Positions 58,973 through 64,000 of a DNA stretch of 64,000 nucleotides are shown piece after piece. Source of the stretch: an uncultured delta proteobacterium (GTDB lineage Bacteria > Myxococcota_A > Polyangia > Polyangiales > Polyangiaceae); NCBI GenBank assembly GCA_963716725.1, contig CAVQUB010000011.1, positions 352,001-416,000 of the forward strand, given 5' to 3'. Under the pieces are notes generated by a model. The model ran no database searches. It was not told where the DNA came from and saw only the letters and a list, made by a program, of their open reading frames with translations. Within the stretch, counting starts at the first letter, position 1, and every line of letters starts with the position of its first letter. The translations under genes were made by a program, and so were the position numbers.

Positions 58973-60667
58973 ATGTCCACCGAGATCGAGCGTGGCCGCG
59001 ACGCGCTGCTCGCCTGGGAAGCGAGCAAGCCCACCAACTACTTTTCCTGGGACGGGAACCTCGCTCGCGTCCTCGAGTTGCGCTTGGGCGCAGATAGATT
59101 CCGGGAAGAGCGACAGCGGCTCAGCCAAGCAGGCGAGGCCGTGGCGACTCGCCTGCGCACCCTGGCCGTCGAGACGAATCACGACGCCAACCTGCCCAGG
59201 CTCGAGCGCTTCGACGGACTCGGCGTGCTCCGCGAGCAAGTGGTCTTTCACCCCAGCTACCACGACGCGGGACGGCTGATCTGGCAGACGGGCGTGCTCA
59301 GCGAGTACTCGAGGCCAGGCAACGAGACCCTGCAGATGGCCCTGCTCTACCTCTTCGCACAGGTGGGCGAGTCCGGGCACCTGTGCCCGCTGGCCTGTAC
59401 CGCCGGCATGATCAAGAGCATCCAGGAGCTCGGCACCGACGAGCAGAAGAAGAAGTATCTGCCCGGGCTCTATGAGCGCGACTACGACCGCAGGATCCAC
59501 GCTTCTCAGTTCTTGACGGAGATCCAGGGTGGCTCCGACGTCGGTCTCAACGCGGTGGTCGCGCGGGCCGAAGACGGGGGCTACCGCCTGTACGGCGAGA
59601 AGTGGTTCTGCAGCGTGATCGACGCTCGCCTCTTCTTGATGACTGCGCGACCCGAGGGCGCTCCCTCGGGCACCCGTGGACTGGGCTTGTTCATCGTGCC
59701 ACGGGAGGTGGACGGCGCCGTCAATCGCTTCTCCGTTCGACGGCTCAAGCAGAAGCTCGGCACCCGCGCCATGGCCAGCGGCGAGGCCGATTTCGAAGGA
59801 GCATGGGCCGAGCCCATCGGCGCCCTCGATCGCGGCTTCAAGAACGTCGTATCGATCGTGCTGAACACCTCGCGGCTCTACAACGCGGTGTGCTGCTCGG
59901 GCGCCATCACGGGCGCGTACCGCGAGGCGGCCACCTTCGCCCGCCACCGGCGAGCCTTCGGCGAAGCCATCGCCAGCTTCCCCCTCGTGGGGCAGGCACT
60001 CGCCGAGCTCCGGGCCGAAGCTCTGGCGTCGCTCTCGGGCTGCCTGCGCATCGCGGCTCAGGCGGACCGGATGCTGGTCCAAGGCGCCAGCGACGAAGAG
60101 CGGCTCGCGTGGCGTATCGCCGTGAACGTGAACAAGTACTGGACAGCCGTGCGCAACACGCAGTCCGCACAGCGTGCCATCGAGGTCCTCGGCGGCAATG
60201 GCACCATCGAGACCTTCTCACCGCTGGTTCAGCTCTACCGCGACTCGATGGTGCTCGAGAGCTGGGAGGGCTCGCACAACGTGCTGGTGCAGCAGGTGCT
60301 CCGCGACTCCGCGCGCTACGGCGCACACCTCGCCTTCCAGAAGGAGCTGGGCGAGGCCCTGAAGAAGGCCGCGGTCGCGCCGGACGATCGCCCGTTGGTA
60401 GAGCGCGCCCAGCAAGGGCTGCTGGCGCTGGGTCGCGGATTCGAACGCCTGGGTGCGGGTGAGGGCGACCAGCGCTTCGGACGCCTGCTCGTGGACCAAG
60501 CCGCGGTGCTGATCCAGATCGTGGGCATGCTCGAGGAGTTGGCTGCCCACCCTGGGGACGCCCAGAAGCGGGCGGCCATCGCCCTCACGCAGGAGCGCTT
60601 CCTGAAGACCGAGCTCTGCCCGCCCGGCCCTCTCGCCGATGCGCTGCTCGGGCCGCCGGAACTCTGA
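58973..60667 (+). CDS. Acyl-CoA dehydrogenase (AidB-like subfamily)
   Basis: CPLACT, TE..GGSDV, GEKWFCS, RLKQKLGTR, LGGNG, WEGSHN. Confidence 0.88.
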   Translation: MSTEIERGRDALLAWEASKPTNYFSWDGNLARVLELRLGADRFREERQRLSQAGEAVATRLRTLAVETNHDANLPRLERFDGLGVLREQVVFHPSYHDAGRLIWQTGVLSEYSRPGNETLQMALLYLFAQVGESGHLCPLACTAGMIKSIQELGTDEQKKKYLPGLYERDYDRRIHASQFLTEIQGGSDVGLNAVVARAEDGGYRLYGEKWFCSVIDARLFLMTARPEGAPSGTRGLGLFIVPREVDGAVNRFSVRRLKQKLGTRAMASGEADFEGAWAEPIGALDRGFKNVVSIVLNTSRLYNAVCCSGAITGAYREAATFARHRRAFGEAIASFPLVGQALAELRAEALASLSGCLRIAAQADRMLVQGASDEERLAWRIAVNVNKYWTAVRNTQSAQRAIEVLGGNGTIETFSPLVQLYRDSMVLESWEGSHNVLVQQVLRDSARYGAHLAFQKELGEALKKAAVAPDDRPLVERAQQGLLALGRGFERLGAGEGDQRFGRLLVDQAAVLIQIVGMLEELAAHPGDAQKRAAIALTQERFLKTELCPPGPLADALLGPPEL

Positions 60668-60743
60668 GGCGAATCAGCCCTGATCATCGGTGCAGCAGCC
60701 CGGAAGCGGCCCCGGGACACGACCGGGGCTACGATGGGCGCCC

Positions 60744-62465
60744 ATGAAGGTCCGCGCCACCGCGGTGGCAGCCGAACGCGCCAACGCCATTGGCACCGTC
60801 GAGCTCGAGTGCACTCCGCACGGGCTGTCGGTCGCCTATTTGGGCGTCGGCGCGTTCCAAGAGGACTACGCGCCCGCCGCCCTGACCACGGGCACGCGCA
60901 TCACGGTGCCGTGGGCGAAGGTCGAAGCCGCGCGCGTCGAGGGTGACCAGGTCTTTCTCGCGGTCGACGCCGAGCTGACACCGCACTCGCGACTCGTGCT
61001 CACGAATTTCTCGACGGGCGACTACGCCCACCACCGCGAGGTGCACAAGCAGCGGCTGGTGATCTGGCTCGGTGCGGGGGCGGGCGCGATCGTCGTCTCC
61101 ATGGTCTCGGCGCTGACGCTGCCGCGGCTCGCGCCGCAGACGGGCGCCGGCGCGGTGCTGGCCATCGGCGGTCTGGCCGCGCTGGCCATCGTCTGCGTCG
61201 GGCTGTTGGCCGATCGACAAATTGGTCGCTCGGGACTCGACGGGGACGCCGCTCGCGAGGCGTTTGCCGCCGAGCTCTCTCGGCACTTACCCCACTTGAT
61301 CCGCCTGCCGACCCGCCCCGCCCCGCCCGAGCGGCCCTTCAAGTGGCCGGCGTTCGAGGGCTGGTTGCCACGCACGACCGCCGCCGTCGTGATCACGCTC
61401 ACCGCCAGCTTGCTGGGCGCGGTGCTCACGGCGCGCTGGCTCCTCAGCCCATCCCGCGACTCTCGATCCCTCGTGGCCGCCTCGACCGCCGATCCGGAAC
61501 CTCTAGCGCCACCGGCCGAAGAACCAAGGAACGTCGCGCCGCCATCGCTGCGCGAATCGGGAAGTCCGAGCGCCGGCCCCGATCGCGCCTCGGCCCCGAA
61601 CACGAAGCTCGAGGGGCGCTGCAGTTGCACTCGAGCGAGCTCGCTGCTCTGGAACGCGCCGATCCCGAAGCTGGGTGTGCTCGTGCTCGGGCGCAAGCTG
61701 GTGACCGGACCCGTGCGCAAGCGCCTCGAAGTCGAGATCGCTGCGGTCAACAACGGGGAGCAGGAGCTGCGGGAAATCGCCATGTCTTTGACCTTCTTCG
61801 AGGTCGACCCGCCGCCCTCGAACAAGCGCTATCCCGTCGCCAATCGCGCGGTGTACTTCGAAGGCCCCTTGACGCCGGGACAGGCCATCAAGTGGAGCGT
61901 CGAAGCCCGTGGAAGCGCCTTCGAGGTCGACCGCCCGCTCCATGGCGACATCGGACCCGCGGGCGAGGGAGCCGCTCCCACCAACCTGATCGCCGAACTG
62001 TTGAACGCAAACCACCGCCCGGTGCGCCTTCACGGCGCCATGCTGCTCGGCTACCTCGGGGACCCGCGCGCCAAAGAGGCCACGCTCCGCCTGAAGGAAT
62101 CGATGCGCGACGATGAGTCCACCTACCTCGACCGCCTACTTCGCACGCTGTCGGACGTGAAGACGTGTCACTTGCGCGTGACCGGTGACGGCCCGGAGCA
62201 ATCCGTCGAGGCCTGCGTGTTCAACGCCGGAAACGAGCCTCGCGAGAAGCTCGCGATTCGGTTGCGCGCCCTCGATTCGGTGCCCAATCCCACGGAGCCG
62301 AGCGAGGCTCCGCCGAACGTCGTGTCGGAGGCGACCTTTGCGCTGGGCAGCGAGCTTCCCCCCCAGTCGGGAGTGACGGCGCGGGTGAAGCTCGACGTCT
62401 CGAAGGCCAGCAGCCAACCGGTGGCCTTCGAAGCCTTTGCCGATCGCGAAGACCTGCTGCCCTGA
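60744..62465 (+). CDS. Hypothetical multi-domain membrane protein
   Basis: Long ORF with 3 TM segments, a Pro-rich linker and a HEAT-like segment. Confidence 0.65.
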   Translation: MKVRATAVAAERANAIGTVELECTPHGLSVAYLGVGAFQEDYAPAALTTGTRITVPWAKVEAARVEGDQVFLAVDAELTPHSRLVLTNFSTGDYAHHREVHKQRLVIWLGAGAGAIVVSMVSALTLPRLAPQTGAGAVLAIGGLAALAIVCVGLLADRQIGRSGLDGDAAREAFAAELSRHLPHLIRLPTRPAPPERPFKWPAFEGWLPRTTAAVVITLTASLLGAVLTARWLLSPSRDSRSLVAASTADPEPLAPPAEEPRNVAPPSLRESGSPSAGPDRASAPNTKLEGRCSCTRASSLLWNAPIPKLGVLVLGRKLVTGPVRKRLEVEIAAVNNGEQELREIAMSLTFFEVDPPPSNKRYPVANRAVYFEGPLTPGQAIKWSVEARGSAFEVDRPLHGDIGPAGEGAAPTNLIAELLNANHRPVRLHGAMLLGYLGDPRAKEATLRLKESMRDDESTYLDRLLRTLSDVKTCHLRVTGDGPEQSVEACVFNAGNEPREKLAIRLRALDSVPNPTEPSEAPPNVVSEATFALGSELPPQSGVTARVKLDVSKASSQPVAFEAFADREDLLP

Positions 62466-62470
62466 CGCCC

Positions 62471-64000
62471 TCAGGGCCTGACCACCACCACCGTGCCTCG
62501 GTCCTTGTTCAGCACTCCGTGCCACTCGGCCGGTACGGAAGGATCGGTCCACTCGAAGAGCCATGCGCTGTCGATGGGCGAAAGGTTGACGCAGCCGTGG
62601 CTTCGGACCTTGCCGAACTCGTCGTGCCAGTAGGTGCCGTGCAGCGCGTAACCCTTGTGGAAGTACTGCACGAAGGGCACGTCGAGGAGCGCGAAGCTGT
62701 CGCTTTTGTCCTCTTCGCCGTCCATGGTCGCCGTGACGTGCTTCTGGTAAACCATGAAGGTCCCGCGCACGGTGGCGTGCACCTTCTCCGGATCTCCGAG
62801 CCCCCCGCGCCCAGTGCTGACCAGCGTCGCGTACACGGGCTTCGTGCCCATGTAGGCCACCAGGGACTGCGCGCGGATCGAGATGTCGACCCACTTGCGC
62901 GTGCCCGTGGCAAAGCTGGGAAAGGAGTCGCGGACCGGCAGGATCCTCGCGCCCTCGGCCGCCATCCAGAAGCCGTCCCGCGTCTCGTGGAAGGTGCCGC
63001 CGCCGCCGCGGGTCTGGCCCGTGAGCTTCACGCCTTCGCGGTGACGATAGCTGCCGTCCGCTGCGAGCTGACCTGCCCCGTTCAACTTGTAGCGCTGGGC
63101 GAAGTGACTCTCGATGAATGCCACAGGAAGGGTCTCCCCTTCCCCGAGCTCGACGCCACGAAAGGCGCTCGGGCGCACGACCTTGGTACGGTCGAGCGCG
63201 ATGATGTCCAGCTCGGTGGTCAGCCCCCAGACGCGCCCCTCGTGACTGAACACGCGGGCCATGGCGAACCCCGAACCGGTCGACGCTCGGCCGGCGTGCA
63301 CCGAGAAATGCAGCTTCCGCTCGACACCGTAGGGTTTCTCGAGCGGCCGACTCTCGCTCAAGAACTCCGGCGGAGGCCCGGGATCCCCGAGCACCTTGGA
63401 CAACCCGTTGATCGACATCGCAGCGCGGTAGCGCGCGGCGGTCGCGAGGGCGCCGTCGCCTTCCACCTTCTCGATCTCGTCTTTCTTGGCGAGGCGGAAA
63501 TAGAGCAGCGGCGGCTGCTCGGTGGACATCGAGTACACATAGGGAAGTCCGTGCCCTCGCACGGGGCGGGCGCTCGACGCAACGACGACCGAGTGCGTGA
63601 GGTCCTGCGTCGCGCCCTTGCCCACGCAGACGAAACCCCGAGGGTTGACGCGGTACCAACCGCCCTCGCAACCGTCGTTGACCAGAGCGGGAGCGCGGGC
63701 GTCGACCAACTGGCCCGCCCGCAGGTACCCGTAGCGCGTGCGATCTCGCCCGGTGTCCGTGTAGACCCAATTGCGCCAGGCAATGCTCGCGATCTTGGTG
63801 CCATCGGGGCTGAAGGGCAGGTTGTCTTCAATCGACCCCGGCGTCGGAATGTCCGGCCCCGGCCCCGGCCCCGCGCTGGCGCCCGGCGCTGCGCTCGAGG
63901 CCGCGCTGACCAGCGCCGACGAAGCCGCGGGCTCGGCGCTCGCCCCGGGGGGCTCCGCCCGCTTGGGACAGCCGGTGGCGAGCAACGCGCACGCGAGCGC
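62471..64000 (-). CDS. L,D-transpeptidase family lipoprotein (5' end beyond the window)
   Basis: ATGC lipobox; STGR, ALHGTYWHDEFG..RSHGCVNL; paralog of 47522..48985. Confidence 0.88.
   Translation of the reverse strand, partial: ALACALLATGCPKRAEPPGASAEPAASSALVSAASSAAPGASAGPGPGPDIPTPGSIEDNLPFSPDGTKIASIAWRNWVYTDTGRDRTRYGYLRAGQLVDARAPALVNDGCEGGWYRVNPRGFVCVGKGATQDLTHSVVVASSARPVRGHGLPYVYSMSTEQPPLLYFRLAKKDEIEKVEGDGALATAARYRAAMSINGLSKVLGDPGPPPEFLSESRPLEKPYGVERKLHFSVHAGRASTGSGFAMARVFSHEGRVWGLTTELDIIALDRTKVVRPSAFRGVELGEGETLPVAFIESHFAQRYKLNGAGQLAADGSYRHREGVKLTGQTRGGGGTFHETRDGFWMAAEGARILPVRDSFPSFATGTRKWVDISIRAQSLVAYMGTKPVYATLVSTGRGGLGDPEKVHATVRGTFMVYQKHVTATMDGEEDKSDSFALLDVPFVQYFHKGYALHGTYWHDEFGKVRSHGCVNLSPIDSAWLFEWTDPSVPAEWHGVLNKDRGTVVVVRP

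Overview
GC-rich (~70%) bacterial chromosome segment. The gene content (Ser/Thr kinases, PEGA/TPR proteins, Gly-rich lipoproteins, choice-of-anchor-L-like surface proteins) points to a Polyangiaceae-like myxobacterium; this is an inference. Housekeeping genes: arfB, dtd, HIT protein, argJ, metK, glnA-glnB, pfkA, ruvB and tRNA-Thr(CGT). Also present: two diguanylate cyclases, three Ser/Thr kinases, an orphan CheA-REC hybrid, two histidine kinases, two L,D-transpeptidases and a MepA-like peptidase. Most notable: (1) a lower-GC two-gene islet just 3' of tRNA-Thr encoding a 2-TM protein and a standalone prokaryotic YEATS protein, a candidate defence/conflict system; (2) two four-helix-bundle (Avd/IVS-like) loci sharing a ~65-bp element with 9-nt periodicity, plus a GxxExxY nuclease-like gene that has its own ~34-bp inverted repeats and sits inside an IS630 element truncating the second four-helix-bundle copy; (3) a cobalamin riboswitch ahead of a surface lipoprotein and a TonB receptor, divergent from a B12-binding radical SAM gene that is followed by a small peptide with a repeated motif. 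Many single-base frameshifts, very dense at 39.3-43.2 kb, look like long-read consensus errors rather than real pseudogenes. No CRISPR array or rRNA was seen.
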